Assembly (NCBI GenBank): GCA_029938745.1
Contig: JAOZUJ010000002.1
Coordinates: 1 to 41,822 of the forward strand
Direction: 5' to 3'
Length of the DNA stretch: 41,822 bases
Source: Candidatus Moraniibacteriota bacterium
Lineage (GTDB): Bacteria; Patescibacteriota; Minisyncoccia; Moranbacterales; GCA-2747515
Part shown: positions 17,742-27,262 of the stretch, piece after piece
Position numbering within the stretch: position 1 is the stretch's first letter
Layout: every line of letters begins with the position of its first letter
Translations under genes and position numbers: made by a program
The notes under the pieces: generated by a model
Databases searched by the model: none
What the model saw: the letters and a program-made list of their open reading frames with translations, nothing else
What the model was told of the DNA's origin: nothing

Positions 17742-18989
17742 TTATTCATAACGCAATGCTTCCATTGGTGAAATACGTGAAGCTTTTCGTGCTGGATAGA
17801 TCCCAAAAAGTAATCCAATAACAAGAGTAATGATCAGTGACACATACGCCATTTGCATTGTGATGATCATATCCCATTCTATGTCATACTGCATCGCAGC
17901 AACCCACGCAAGCCAAATCACAAACAAGCCAACAAAAAATCCAATAAATCCGCCTATAAGTGCGATGATCATTGACTCAAAAAGAAATTGCCACATAATA
18001 TCTCGCCTTCTCGCGCCGACTGCTTTTCTCAAGCCAATTTCACGCACACGTTTTGACAATGCAATGAACATTATATTCATCACGCCAATACCTCCAACAA
18101 TCAGAGAGATCGATGCGACGGCTGTCAAAAAATATTTCATAATATTTGTAACATTATTCACCATAGACAATGCAGACGCAATATTACGCACAGAAAAATC
18201 ATCTCCCTCATCATCAGCAATATCATGTCTTGATCGTAAAACTGTGCGCACATCGTCCTTTGTTTGCTCCACATTTTTTTCATCATCAACTTTCATACGG
18301 ATAAAATTGAGATAATCGATACCAAGTATATTTTTTTGTGCTGTTTGTAATGGGATATATATTGACTCATCATAATTAGCTGCAAATGTTGCACCGCGCT
18401 CTTCCATAATTCCTACAACACGAAATGATTGAGAACCAATTTTTATTTTTTTGCCGAGCATATCCTCATTGTCAAAAATATCTTTTGCAATTTTTGCTCC
18501 AAGTACAACAACCCTCGCTAATGATTCGTCTTCTGCGCTTGTAAAAAATCGTCCAAATGCAATATTACTACCTTCCACATCAAGCATGTCTGCTGAAACA
18601 CCTTGAAATGTCAATGATTTGTCATACGATTTATATTGCACGACATTATTACCAGATACATATCCACTAACGGCAACTGCATGAGGAACATTTGATTTTT
18701 TTCGCAATGCCTCCAAATCACCATTTTTCATTGTTGTTACAACGATCCCATACGTACTTGCTGGTGGCCCATCATCGTCTGCCGCACCTGGTAAAATTGC
18801 AACCAAGTCAGACCCAACATTACGAATTTGATCTAAGATCATATTTTGTGCACTTGTTCCCACGCTCATCACGACCATTACTGCCGCAATACCAATCACA
18901 ACACCAATAATCGTCAAAAACGTTCGCATTTTTGCTGCAAGAAAGTTTTGCATCGTAATTCGTAATGACAATACTATTTGATTTAACAT
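17742..18989 (-). CDS. MacB/FtsX-type ABC transporter permease (exporter 1, permease A)
   Basis: 415 aa, a paralog of the downstream permease (ASISLIVGGIGVMNIM...EIGLRKAVGARR) with the same topology. Confidence 0.85.
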   Translation of the reverse strand: MLNQIVLSLRITMQNFLAAKMRTFLTIIGVVIGIAAVMVVMSVGTSAQNMILDQIRNVGSDLVAILPGAADDDGPPASTYGIVVTTMKNGDLEALRKKSNVPHAVAVSGYVSGNNVVQYKSYDKSLTFQGVSADMLDVEGSNIAFGRFFTSAEDESLARVVVLGAKIAKDIFDNEDMLGKKIKIGSQSFRVVGIMEERGATFAANYDESIYIPLQTAQKNILGIDYLNFIRMKVDDEKNVEQTKDDVRTVLRSRHDIADDEGDDFSVRNIASALSMVNNVTNIMKYFLTAVASISLIVGGIGVMNIMFIALSKRVREIGLRKAVGARRRDIMWQFLFESMIIALIGGFIGFFVGLFVIWLAWVAAMQYDIEWDMIITMQMAYVSLIITLVIGLLFGIYPARKASRISPMEALRYE

Positions 18990-19001
18990 AGCCTAGCTAA
19001 C

Positions 19002-19033
19002 GGTCCAACCGAGGAATGATCCCGGGTTGGACC
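19002..19033 (-). promoter_or_regulatory. GC-rich intra-operon hairpin
   Basis: A 9-bp stem GGTCCAACC/GGTTGGACC with a 14-nt loop, in the 67-nt gap between the ATPase and permease genes. There is no U-tract. Confidence 0.4.
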
Positions 19034-19056
19034 TTTGGTATAAATATAAAACACGC

Positions 19057-19812
19057 TTATTTCAAAATATTATCAGTATCTACAGAGCGCTGATTGTGTA
19101 CTCTTTTATCATCTACGATCTTCCCGTCAACAATCCGTAAAATTCTTTGTGCGTGCTCAGCTGTCCTACTCTCATGTGTGACAAGAATAATTGTGTGACC
19201 CTGTTTATTGAGACCCTCCAAAACATGCATGACTTGTAATCCAGACTTTGAGTCTAGATTTCCAGTTGGCTCGTCTGCAAAAATAATTTTTGGATTATTG
19301 ATCAATGCTCGTGCAATTGCAACACGTTGCTTTTCACCACCAGACAGTTGACTTGGCATATGATGCAACCGGTGTTCCATACTTACACTTTTGAGTGCAT
19401 TCATAACACGATCTTTATTTGTTTTTTTGTCTTCTTTATTTTGTGTAGTTTTTGTATAAAAATCATACAAAAGAGGTAATTCAACATTTTCAAAAACACT
19501 CACGCGTTGCATCAAATTAAATGATTGAAATACAAAACCAATTTCCTGATTACGAATGAATGCCAATTTTTCTTCATCAAAATCTTTTGTATCCTTGCCA
19601 CGAAAAAAATACCCCCCCTCTGTTGCACGATCCAAAAAACTCAACACATGCATTAATGTCGATTTTCCTGAGCCAGACGGACCCATAATTGCAACAAATT
19701 CTCCCTCAGCAATATCACATGACACTCCACGAAGTGCATGTGTTTTAGTTTCGCCTGTATCAAAGACTTTTGTAATATCTTTGCAAGAAATAATTTTTGC
19801 TATTTTTTCCAT
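19057..19812 (-). CDS. ABC transporter ATP-binding protein (MacB/LolD family), exporter 1
   Basis: Walker [10 protein letters not shown], signature [15 protein letters not shown], Walker [13 protein letters not shown] and H-loop VTHE. Confidence 0.9.
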   Translation of the reverse strand: MEKIAKIISCKDITKVFDTGETKTHALRGVSCDIAEGEFVAIMGPSGSGKSTLMHVLSFLDRATEGGYFFRGKDTKDFDEEKLAFIRNQEIGFVFQSFNLMQRVSVFENVELPLLYDFYTKTTQNKEDKKTNKDRVMNALKSVSMEHRLHHMPSQLSGGEKQRVAIARALINNPKIIFADEPTGNLDSKSGLQVMHVLEGLNKQGHTIILVTHESRTAEHAQRILRIVDGKIVDDKRVHNQRSVDTDNILK

Positions 19813-19821
19813 AAATTTTCT

Positions 19822-20829
19822 CTACTTATCATCTAGATCTTCATCATAAACAGCATATATAACACTGCCTTCGTTCAAACCATCAACAACTTCAACATCG
19901 CCATCGTCACCTTCAATTCCAGTTGTAATATATTGTTTTGTGTATTGATCATCTACACCTTTTATATAGACATATTCACCAGCATCATCACTGCGCACAA
20001 ATCGTAATGGCACAGTCAGTACATTATTTTTTTGATTAACAACAACATCCACATCCACACTCATACCAGATAAAATATTTTTATCCATATCACCTGGCAG
20101 TGCAAACGTTGTTCTATAATATGTCACATCTTGTACCTTTACTGCCTCCGGATCAATGCTCAAAATATCAACAGAAAACTGTTCATCATTATATGCATCA
20201 AATGTTGCAAATGCTTGTTGTTCTTTATTCATTTTTGCAGCATCTGTTTCAGACATTAATATTTCCATTTCCATTCCATCCTCATCAATCACACGCATTA
20301 CCATTCCTTGTGCGACCTCTCCAACACGGACATTTCTCTGTGTCACAATACCATCAATCGGTGAAATAATTTCTGTATTTTTAAACTGTGACTGCGCTCC
20401 AAAAAGCCTTGTACGTGCTTGAACTACATCTTTTTTGATAAGTTCTCTTTCTTCTGGCTTATAATCACTCCAATGTCTTCGCGCCAATCTTTCTGCCGTT
20501 TCCGCTTTTTCCACATCAATACGAGCTGATTGAATTTCTGCAACAATCGAATTACGATCAAGAATAATAAGCTTTTGCCCCTTTGTAACAGTATCACCAA
20601 TATCTACATTTACCGCCACAACGAGTGCGGGCACGACAAAAGAAAGATTTGCATAATGTACTGGCGTCACCTCACCACTTGCACTTACAGTTTCAACAAC
20701 ATCACCATAATGAACAACATAATTATCAATATCAGATCCATCATTAGACTTCGCATATCGCTGCCAAACAAGCCATGCAACAAAGAGAACAACAATACTA
20801 ATGATTATTATTTTTATAACTTTTTTCAT
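19822..20829 (-). CDS. HlyD/MacA-family periplasmic adaptor (membrane fusion protein), exporter 1
   Basis: An N-terminal TM helix, lipoyl-like halves (GDTVTKGQKLIILD ... ISPIDGIVTQRNVRVGEVA) flanking a coiled-coil hairpin, then C-terminal beta domains. Confidence 0.8.
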   Translation of the reverse strand: MKKVIKIIIISIVVLFVAWLVWQRYAKSNDGSDIDNYVVHYGDVVETVSASGEVTPVHYANLSFVVPALVVAVNVDIGDTVTKGQKLIILDRNSIVAEIQSARIDVEKAETAERLARRHWSDYKPEERELIKKDVVQARTRLFGAQSQFKNTEIISPIDGIVTQRNVRVGEVAQGMVMRVIDEDGMEMEILMSETDAAKMNKEQQAFATFDAYNDEQFSVDILSIDPEAVKVQDVTYYRTTFALPGDMDKNILSGMSVDVDVVVNQKNNVLTVPLRFVRSDDAGEYVYIKGVDDQYTKQYITTGIEGDDGDVEVVDGLNEGSVIYAVYDEDLDDK

Positions 20830-20884
20830 GTATTTCTTTTAGAACTTTATACTACTCATATATCATACCACACTATTACAAAAT

Positions 20885-20912
20885 AAAAACCACAATTTTC
20901 TTTGTGGTTTTT
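20885..20912 (-). terminator. Intrinsic (bidirectional) terminator separating the two exporter operons
   Basis: An 11-bp stem AAAAACCACAA/TTGTGGTTTTT with a 6-nt loop and T-runs on both strands. It lies 21 nt past the stop at 20933. Confidence 0.75.
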
Positions 20913-20932
20913 GTTTTTTCTTCTGAGTGTTA

Positions 20933-21619
20933 CTATTGTGATGATTGCAATTTTCCGTCTTTGAGCCACACAACTCGATCAACATACTTTTTATCATCAT
21001 CTTCATGTGTCACCATTATAATTGTTTGACCATATTTATCTACTAATTCACGCATAATATCCAAAACAACTGCAGCTGCTTCAGAATCTAAGTTTGCTGT
21101 TGGCTCATCAGCAAATAAAATATCTGGTTTATTTATAATTGCACGTGCTATTGATACACGTTGCTGTTCACCACCAGATAATTCTGATGGAAGATTTTTT
21201 TCACGATCCTGCAATCCCACTCTTTTAATAATCTCGTGCACGTCCTTATCATATTGTATTTTTCGTTTTCCAAGTGCTCTCATGGGTAGCGCAACATTTT
21301 CATATAAATTCAACTCAGGAATCAAAGCATAATCCTGAAATACATATCCAAGCATTTTCAAACGAAATTCCGCACGCTCTGTTTCAGATAATTTAGAAAC
21401 ATCAATACCATCAATTTCAATATATCCTGATGTTGGCCGATCGAGTAACGCAATTTGATGTAAAAAAGTTGATTTACCACTACCACTGCGCCCCATAAGT
21501 GCAACAAATTCACCTCTACGCAATTGCACGTCAATATCTTTAAGTGCATAAACTGGGCTTGGTGTATCTGCCTTATATGTCCTTACAAGATCTTTTGTTT
21601 GTAGAATATATTTTTCCAT
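20933..21619 (-). CDS. ABC transporter ATP-binding protein (MacB/LolD family), exporter 2
   Basis: Walker A GRSGSGKST, signature LSGGEQQRVSIARAI, Walker B ILFADEPTANLD and H-loop VTHE. Confidence 0.9.
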   Translation of the reverse strand: MEKYILQTKDLVRTYKADTPSPVYALKDIDVQLRRGEFVALMGRSGSGKSTFLHQIALLDRPTSGYIEIDGIDVSKLSETERAEFRLKMLGYVFQDYALIPELNLYENVALPMRALGKRKIQYDKDVHEIIKRVGLQDREKNLPSELSGGEQQRVSIARAIINKPDILFADEPTANLDSEAAAVVLDIMRELVDKYGQTIIMVTHEDDDKKYVDRVVWLKDGKLQSSQ

Positions 21620-21631
21620 AGTCTTTATTTA

Positions 21632-22852
21632 TTATCGCATCAATGTGAGAATCTTTTTACGTACCTCTTTTATCGCTGGAATGAGTGAGCCTATAAGACC
21701 AGCAACCACAAAAAGAATTACACTCATACGTAGTGCCTCCCTTTTGATCACAGGTACCATATCTCCCATCGGGAAATCAATTGGATGTCCTCTAAAAAAA
21801 CCAATGACACCAAAATTCATTAACAAAAATCCCAATATAATACCGAGTACAGTATAAAACATCCCTCGAATAATATAGGATTGCATTATAGCACTTTCAG
21901 GAATTCCAATCGCTTTCAATATGCCAATTTGTTTACGCCTATTCACAATATCCACAAAGATAATAATAAATATCACAAGTCCTGCAACAAACGAGCCAAT
22001 AATACGTAATATCGAACCAATCATATCAAAGGATTTATTGATTGTAGCACCAAATGACAATTTCTCATTCCAATCAGAAATTTCATAATTACTCAAATTT
22101 ATTTTTGCAAAATCATCCAATGCTTTTTGCGATAAATGCTTATCAGTAAGTCGCACGATAATTTCACTTGACTCATTTGTTGTTCCAAGTACTGAATTCA
22201 GATCATCTTGAAGAACAAACATTTTTGAATCAGTGTCAAAGTTCTTTGTTTTATAAATTCCTACAATTTCATAATCCCTAACAACATCATTACCATATAT
22301 TGCTGTAATTTTGTCACCTGTCCGCACGCCTTCAAGATCCTCTGGAAATGGTGAGCTACCATACCCGCCTGCTATATCTGCACCAAGCAAAGCCTTGCCA
22401 TAATCACCTTTTTCTAAACATTTTCCCTCAATAATATGTGATTTCAAGTCAATTGAATCATTTTCTATTTCTGGATCTATGCCAACAACACCAGCTCCAA
22501 ATTGTGCAACATCCCTACCATCATTATACTTATCATTCTTGAGCGTAGCACTTGTTCGCAAATGAGTTGCTATACTGCGTACATAGTAAAAATCTTGAAT
22601 TGCATCTATGACATCATTTGTATTTTTGATATATTTATCTCCTGGTCTTGGCTCAATAGTTACCTCGCCGTATTGATAATTAATTTTACCCTCATCCATT
22701 GTAGTGGAAATTCCTTTGAACACAGCATCTACAAACAATAAATTCAAAAAAACAACAAGCATGATCAATACTGTCAAAATAAGTGACCCCTTATCACCAC
22801 GCAAAATAGTTTTAATTGCCAAAAATACTGCCAATTTTATATTACTCCACAT
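21632..22852 (-). CDS. FtsX/MacB-type ABC transporter permease, exporter 2
   Basis: 406 aa. One N-terminal TM helix, an extracytoplasmic domain of about 230 aa and a C-terminal FtsX module (QIGILKAIGIPESAIM...). Confidence 0.8.
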   Translation of the reverse strand: MWSNIKLAVFLAIKTILRGDKGSLILTVLIMLVVFLNLLFVDAVFKGISTTMDEGKINYQYGEVTIEPRPGDKYIKNTNDVIDAIQDFYYVRSIATHLRTSATLKNDKYNDGRDVAQFGAGVVGIDPEIENDSIDLKSHIIEGKCLEKGDYGKALLGADIAGGYGSSPFPEDLEGVRTGDKITAIYGNDVVRDYEIVGIYKTKNFDTDSKMFVLQDDLNSVLGTTNESSEIIVRLTDKHLSQKALDDFAKINLSNYEISDWNEKLSFGATINKSFDMIGSILRIIGSFVAGLVIFIIIFVDIVNRRKQIGILKAIGIPESAIMQSYIIRGMFYTVLGIILGFLLMNFGVIGFFRGHPIDFPMGDMVPVIKREALRMSVILFVVAGLIGSLIPAIKEVRKKILTLMR

Positions 22853-22879
22853 ATTGTTTTATATACAAAATACATTGCC

Positions 22880-23869
22880 TTACTTTTCTTGTGGTACAAC
22901 AATTTTTTCACCTGCAGCAATACCAGAAATAACTTCCACAAATTCATTCCCAATTATTCCCTCTTCAAAATATTTTTTCCCAAATTGTTCTTTAACAGAG
23001 TTTGTATTTAACACATATACAAAATATCCATCTTCATCTTTTTGTGCAAAATCACGAGGCACTACTACAACATTCATCTTTTTTTCAATTTCTATATCAA
23101 CTTCTGCATTCATACCATCAAGAATAGTAACATCATCTTTATCATCAATATCAACAATTGCCTTAAAATATGTGTTATTTTGATTTAATGTACTTCCTGC
23201 ATTCATTGAAACAAAAGTACCATGCACCACTTTATCAGGATATGCATCAAAAATTATGAACGATTTATTTCCCTTCTTCACTTTTGCGATATCTACCTCT
23301 GGAATGAGTGCTTCCACCTGTAAGGATTGTGGATTAATAATGCGCATTGCAATTCCTTGTGCTACTTCACCAACTCGAACATTTTGTTCAATTACAATTC
23401 CATCAATCGGAGAAACAATTGTTGTTTTAGCTGCTTGTGCGTACACTTCATTTAGTGTCTGTCGTGATTGCTCTGTTGCTTTTTTAATGCTTTCTCTTTC
23501 CTCTGGTTTTAGTGTGTCCCACTTTCGCCTTGCCTGTTGTTCTGCCAGCTCTGCACGTTCCACTGCAAGCTTTGCATTATTTATTTGTGCATAAATTGAT
23601 CTTTTGTCCAATCGAAATAGCTCTTGACCTTTCTCAACTGTATCATTTACCGATACATCTACAGATGCAATAAGCGTTGGTAATTCTGATGTAATATCGG
23701 CATAAACATCAGAATTCATTGTTGCATTTACATTAATTGTTTTTTGTACATCAGTTGTAACGACTTGTGATTCTAAATAAAGTTGTTCACTTTTTCGTGA
23801 TCGTACAAAAAAAACAGCAGTTCCAATAAGTACAATAATAATAATTGTAATAATAATCTTTTTCATCAT
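22880..23869 (-). CDS. HlyD/MacA-family periplasmic adaptor, exporter 2
   Basis: 329 aa, a paralog of 19822-20829 (VEKGQELFRLD ... VSPIDGIVIEQNVRVGEVAQG) with an N-terminal TM helix. Confidence 0.8.
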   Translation of the reverse strand: MMKKIIITIIIIVLIGTAVFFVRSRKSEQLYLESQVVTTDVQKTINVNATMNSDVYADITSELPTLIASVDVSVNDTVEKGQELFRLDKRSIYAQINNAKLAVERAELAEQQARRKWDTLKPEERESIKKATEQSRQTLNEVYAQAAKTTIVSPIDGIVIEQNVRVGEVAQGIAMRIINPQSLQVEALIPEVDIAKVKKGNKSFIIFDAYPDKVVHGTFVSMNAGSTLNQNNTYFKAIVDIDDKDDVTILDGMNAEVDIEIEKKMNVVVVPRDFAQKDEDGYFVYVLNTNSVKEQFGKKYFEEGIIGNEFVEVISGIAAGEKIVVPQEK

Positions 23870-23884
23870 TAGTCTCGCTTTAAT

Positions 23885-25018
23885 TTATTTAATTACTTGT
23901 GCAACAGCTTTTGGTACACGCTCATCAAATGGATCAGGTATGACCATATCTACTGTTGGATTTTCAACACATTGTGCAATTGCCTTTGCAGCATCAACAA
24001 ACATTTCATCCTTGAATTGTATCACACCATTATCAAGTGCACCACGAAAAATTCCCGGAAACGCTAAAACATTATTTACTTGATTTGGAAAATCACTACG
24101 CCCCGTCGCAACCACAAATGCACCAGCATCTTTTGCATCATCTGGCATGATTTCTGGCTCTGGATTTGCAAGCGCAAAAATAATTGGCTTTTCATTCATA
24201 ATCTGCAATGCCTCTGGCTTCAGTACATTTGCAACTGACACTCCGATAAAAACGTCGGTGTCTTCAAGTGCGTCTCTGAGCATTCCACACACACCACCAC
24301 CGTTTGTCACTTTCATAAGTTTTACTTTTGTATCATTGAGTCCTGTGCGCTCATGACAAATAATTCCCTGACTATCACAAAGCACAATATTAGTAACGCC
24401 CCAATCAAGTAAAATTTTTGTAATTGCCACTCCAGCTGCACCCACACCATTTACCACAACTTTAATGTCTTTCTTTTCACTTCCACGTAATTTAAGCGCA
24501 TTTATAAGTCCAGCCAAAACAACAACTGCTGTACCATGCTGATCATCATGCATCACCGGAATATCAAGTTCTTCCATTAATCTTTGTTCAACTTCAAAAC
24601 ATCGTGGTGCAGAAATATCCTCAAGATTTATTCCACCAAAAGTTGGTGCTACTTTTTTGACAAAATCTACAATTTCATCCACTTCCTGTGTATCAATACA
24701 AAGCGGAAATGCATCAACGTCTGCAAAATGTTTGAAAAGTGCAGCCTTTCCTTCCATTACAGGCAATGCTGCATATGGGCCTAAATTACCAAGTCCAAGT
24801 ATTGCACTTCCATCTGACACAATAGCGACAGTATTTTTTTTAATCGTCAACTCCCTTGCAACACTTTTATCCTCACTAATTGCCCGAGACACTGCAGCAA
24901 CACCTGGTGAATATGCCAATGAAAGATCTTTTTTATTTTCAAGTGCAACTTTTGCAATCACCTCAATTTTGCCACCATTTTTTTTATGCAGATCTAACGA
25001 CTCCTCATATATATCCAT
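23885..25018 (-). CDS. NAD(P)-dependent malic enzyme (short form)
   Basis: Contains LSLAYSPGVA, AIVSDGSAILGLGNLGPYAALPVMEGKAALFK, INLEDISAPRCFEVE and VMHDDQHGTAVV, the canonical malic-enzyme motifs. Confidence 0.9.
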   Translation of the reverse strand: MDIYEESLDLHKKNGGKIEVIAKVALENKKDLSLAYSPGVAAVSRAISEDKSVARELTIKKNTVAIVSDGSAILGLGNLGPYAALPVMEGKAALFKHFADVDAFPLCIDTQEVDEIVDFVKKVAPTFGGINLEDISAPRCFEVEQRLMEELDIPVMHDDQHGTAVVVLAGLINALKLRGSEKKDIKVVVNGVGAAGVAITKILLDWGVTNIVLCDSQGIICHERTGLNDTKVKLMKVTNGGGVCGMLRDALEDTDVFIGVSVANVLKPEALQIMNEKPIIFALANPEPEIMPDDAKDAGAFVVATGRSDFPNQVNNVLAFPGIFRGALDNGVIQFKDEMFVDAAKAIAQCVENPTVDMVIPDPFDERVPKAVAQVIK

Positions 25019-25027
25019 ATTTAGTAT

Positions 25028-25603
25028 CTATTTAATATTATCAATAATTTCACCAAGTGTTTCACTATTATTCCATTGCGAGATCTCTTTACCATTTTTA
25101 TCCACAAGCACAAAAGTGTGTTGCTTTTCTACATGATATCTTTCACGTAATTCATTATTATTATCAAAATCAACACGCACAACAGCAACATTAGTAGGGA
25201 TTTTTTCTTGATTTATTTCTACATCATTTTCAGCTTCAGTACAACTTGGGCACCATGGTGCTGTGAAGAACAATATCGTTCTTTCAAAATTTGCAATATC
25301 AGATCCATTATAATCACCGTACATACCAGACTCCCCATTCACAACCACATATTTTTCTTCTAGCATTTTTTCTCCGGTCTCTTTTAATTTTTTACCAATA
25401 ACTTCCTGACTACCGCCAATCACCTTTCCCATCATCTCTTCACCCTTTTCATCAAGTGCATCTTGTGCTTTATCTTGTGCATCATTTTTAACATTTTGTA
25501 CATTATCCCCACCATAACCAAATATAATCGCTGAAATAATGAGAATCACAACAATGATCAATAGTAAAAGAATTTTAGATACTCCTTTTTGTGTTTTTTT
25601 CAT
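25028..25603 (-). CDS. Membrane-anchored thioredoxin-fold protein (TlpA/ResA-like), CxxC = WCPSC
   Basis: Contains FFTAPWCPSCTEAE. The ORF-track start at 25660 is TTG, so I prefer the ATG at 25603 (MKKTQKGVSKILLLLIIVV...), which gives a signal-anchor. Confidence 0.75.
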   Translation of the reverse strand: MKKTQKGVSKILLLLIIVVILIISAIIFGYGGDNVQNVKNDAQDKAQDALDEKGEEMMGKVIGGSQEVIGKKLKETGEKMLEEKYVVVNGESGMYGDYNGSDIANFERTILFFTAPWCPSCTEAENDVEINQEKIPTNVAVVRVDFDNNNELRERYHVEKQHTFVLVDKNGKEISQWNNSETLGEIIDNIK

Positions 25604-25720
25604 AAATATTTTTAATTTTATATCTTTATATATCATACTACTATAATGATTCTCACGCAAAAAAACTCAAATATCAAAAGACCATACATACGCATACGGC
25701 CTTTATGAATTATGTTTTCC

Positions 25721-26404
25721 TTATTGTGGAATATTTTGCATATCAACTTGCATTCCCTGCATCTGCTGGAGACATTCTGCCTTTTCTTCGGGTGGCGCAA
25801 AATCACACATCCCCTGCATACCACCTGTTCCTTGTTTCATATTTTCCAACATTGCATTCATATCTTGAAATGTCACATCCGCTGGTGGCACAAACTTACT
25901 ATTATCAACTCTCCAATTTTCACATTTATAATTATATGTTTCATCTACCATATCTGCAACCATACCATCTGGCGCTTCTGCCATATAATCTTCTTCTACT
26001 TCCTCATATTCATCTTTCATTTCATCCTTCATTTTCATTCCTTGTTTTGTTGTAGAATCCCATGTATACACCCATTCACCATCACTGATCATCAACATAT
26101 CCCCCGTCATGCCCATTTCATTTTTTGCCAAACCCTTCATCTCTGTGTGCATTTTATCACCACTAATGTACACTACACCACTCATGCCACTGCCATCACT
26201 CCATGTACATTTTTGTGCTTTTCCCATACCCATGAGCCCTTTGATCGTCCCACTGAAAGTTCCATCTTCGTTATTTTTTGTCGCGATATCTTGCGGAGTC
26301 GCGCTCGTTTGATCTACTGTTTCATCTTGCGCGGGAGTGCCACACGCACTCAGTGCCATTACTGCAAAGGCAAGTACTGACATTGTCATTGTTTTTTTCA
26401 TCAT
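25721..26404 (-). CDS. Methionine-rich lipoprotein, unknown function
   Basis: Carries a lipobox (VMALSAC-G). By hand count 28 of 227 residues are Met, in MxM/MxxM clusters (GLMGMG, NEMGMTGDMLM, QGMKMKDEM, QQMQGMQVDM). The mature part has four Cys. Confidence 0.7.
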   Translation of the reverse strand: MMKKTMTMSVLAFAVMALSACGTPAQDETVDQTSATPQDIATKNNEDGTFSGTIKGLMGMGKAQKCTWSDGSGMSGVVYISGDKMHTEMKGLAKNEMGMTGDMLMISDGEWVYTWDSTTKQGMKMKDEMKDEYEEVEEDYMAEAPDGMVADMVDETYNYKCENWRVDNSKFVPPADVTFQDMNAMLENMKQGTGGMQGMCDFAPPEEKAECLQQMQGMQVDMQNIPQ

Positions 26405-26452
26405 ATGATTTTTTATTATAAATTACTATCTTTATTATACACTAAATTTTTA

Positions 26453-27199
26453 TTATACAAAAAGAGTTCCGACAAAATATGCAATAAACGCTGCAACCAT
26501 ACCCAATCCAACAATCTCTGCCATCGATAATAATACACACTCTTTTGTGAATCGTGACCGGATAAACCCAAGCAGTGCTAAAGCAAGCGCAGTAAAAATA
26601 CTTGCTGCCACAAATTGATTATAAAAAATTGTCATGTCAAAAATATATGGCAAAAGTGGAATTGCGCCAAATGTCAAAAACGACACAAAAGTGATCATCG
26701 CACTACGGACTGGCGCCTCTTCTGGATGTGTCATATTGAGCTCATATCGCATCATGAAATCCGCCCAAAATTCTGGATTTGTCTTATAAATATTTGCCAA
26801 GGCATGTGCTTTTTCTTCATCAAAACCATTCTCTTTCAACAGCAAAATAGTTTCATCATATTCAAAATCCTCTCGTGTTTTGATCCAATCACTTTCTTTT
26901 GCTCTTTCTTTTTCAAATAATTTCTTCTCAGCACGAGATGATAAAAAATCACCCACGCCCATACTAAATCCATCCGCAAAGAGATTTGCTAGTCCAAAAA
27001 TAAGCACAATTGTCACAGGAATGACAACATCAGGATTATCTCCAGCAACCATCGTCGCGCCAGTAAACCCAGCAACAACTGCAAATGTTGTGATAATGCC
27101 ATCAATACCACCATAAACAAGCTCTTTCAAGTTTTCTGAAAAAACTGTTTTTTTATGATCTTGTGTTAAGTGTTCATCTAATTCTGCTTTATCCATCAT
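26453..27199 (-). CDS. VIT1/CCC1-family Fe/Mn transporter
   Basis: Contains YGGIDGIITTFAVVAG and GFSMGVGDFLSSRAEK, a cytoplasmic helical insert, and C-terminal TM helices. Confidence 0.8.
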   Translation of the reverse strand: MMDKAELDEHLTQDHKKTVFSENLKELVYGGIDGIITTFAVVAGFTGATMVAGDNPDVVIPVTIVLIFGLANLFADGFSMGVGDFLSSRAEKKLFEKERAKESDWIKTREDFEYDETILLLKENGFDEEKAHALANIYKTNPEFWADFMMRYELNMTHPEEAPVRSAMITFVSFLTFGAIPLLPYIFDMTIFYNQFVAASIFTALALALLGFIRSRFTKECVLLSMAEIVGLGMVAAFIAYFVGTLFV

Positions 27200-27262
27200 A
27201 TAAATTTATCATAGCATGAATTAGTCATTAATGTATAATTTATTTTTCATTTCAAAATCAAA

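Noticed and set aside
16479-23869. The exporters as a classical type I secretion system for the neighbouring giant proteins.
   Set aside because: The permeases are MacB/FtsX-type with separate ATPases, not fused T1SS ABC proteins. The 1299-aa and BspA-type proteins have N-terminal Sec-type signal or anchor sequences. I saw no GGxGxD nonapeptide RTX repeats near any C-terminus (the DxDxDG motifs belong to FG-GAP blades). A looser functional link is left open in the findings.
25712-26380. A 222-aa plus-strand ORF rich in His, Phe and Cys that resembles a metal-binding protein.
   Set aside because: It is the exact antisense of the Met-rich lipoprotein gene, so ATG codons read as CAT (His) on the other strand. 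It has no start context of its own. The minus-strand gene has a lipobox and fits the operon, so this is a shadow ORF. The many other antisense ORFs in the track (e.g. 4432-4845, 17830-18315, 22704-23183, 24657-25136) are rejected for the same reason.
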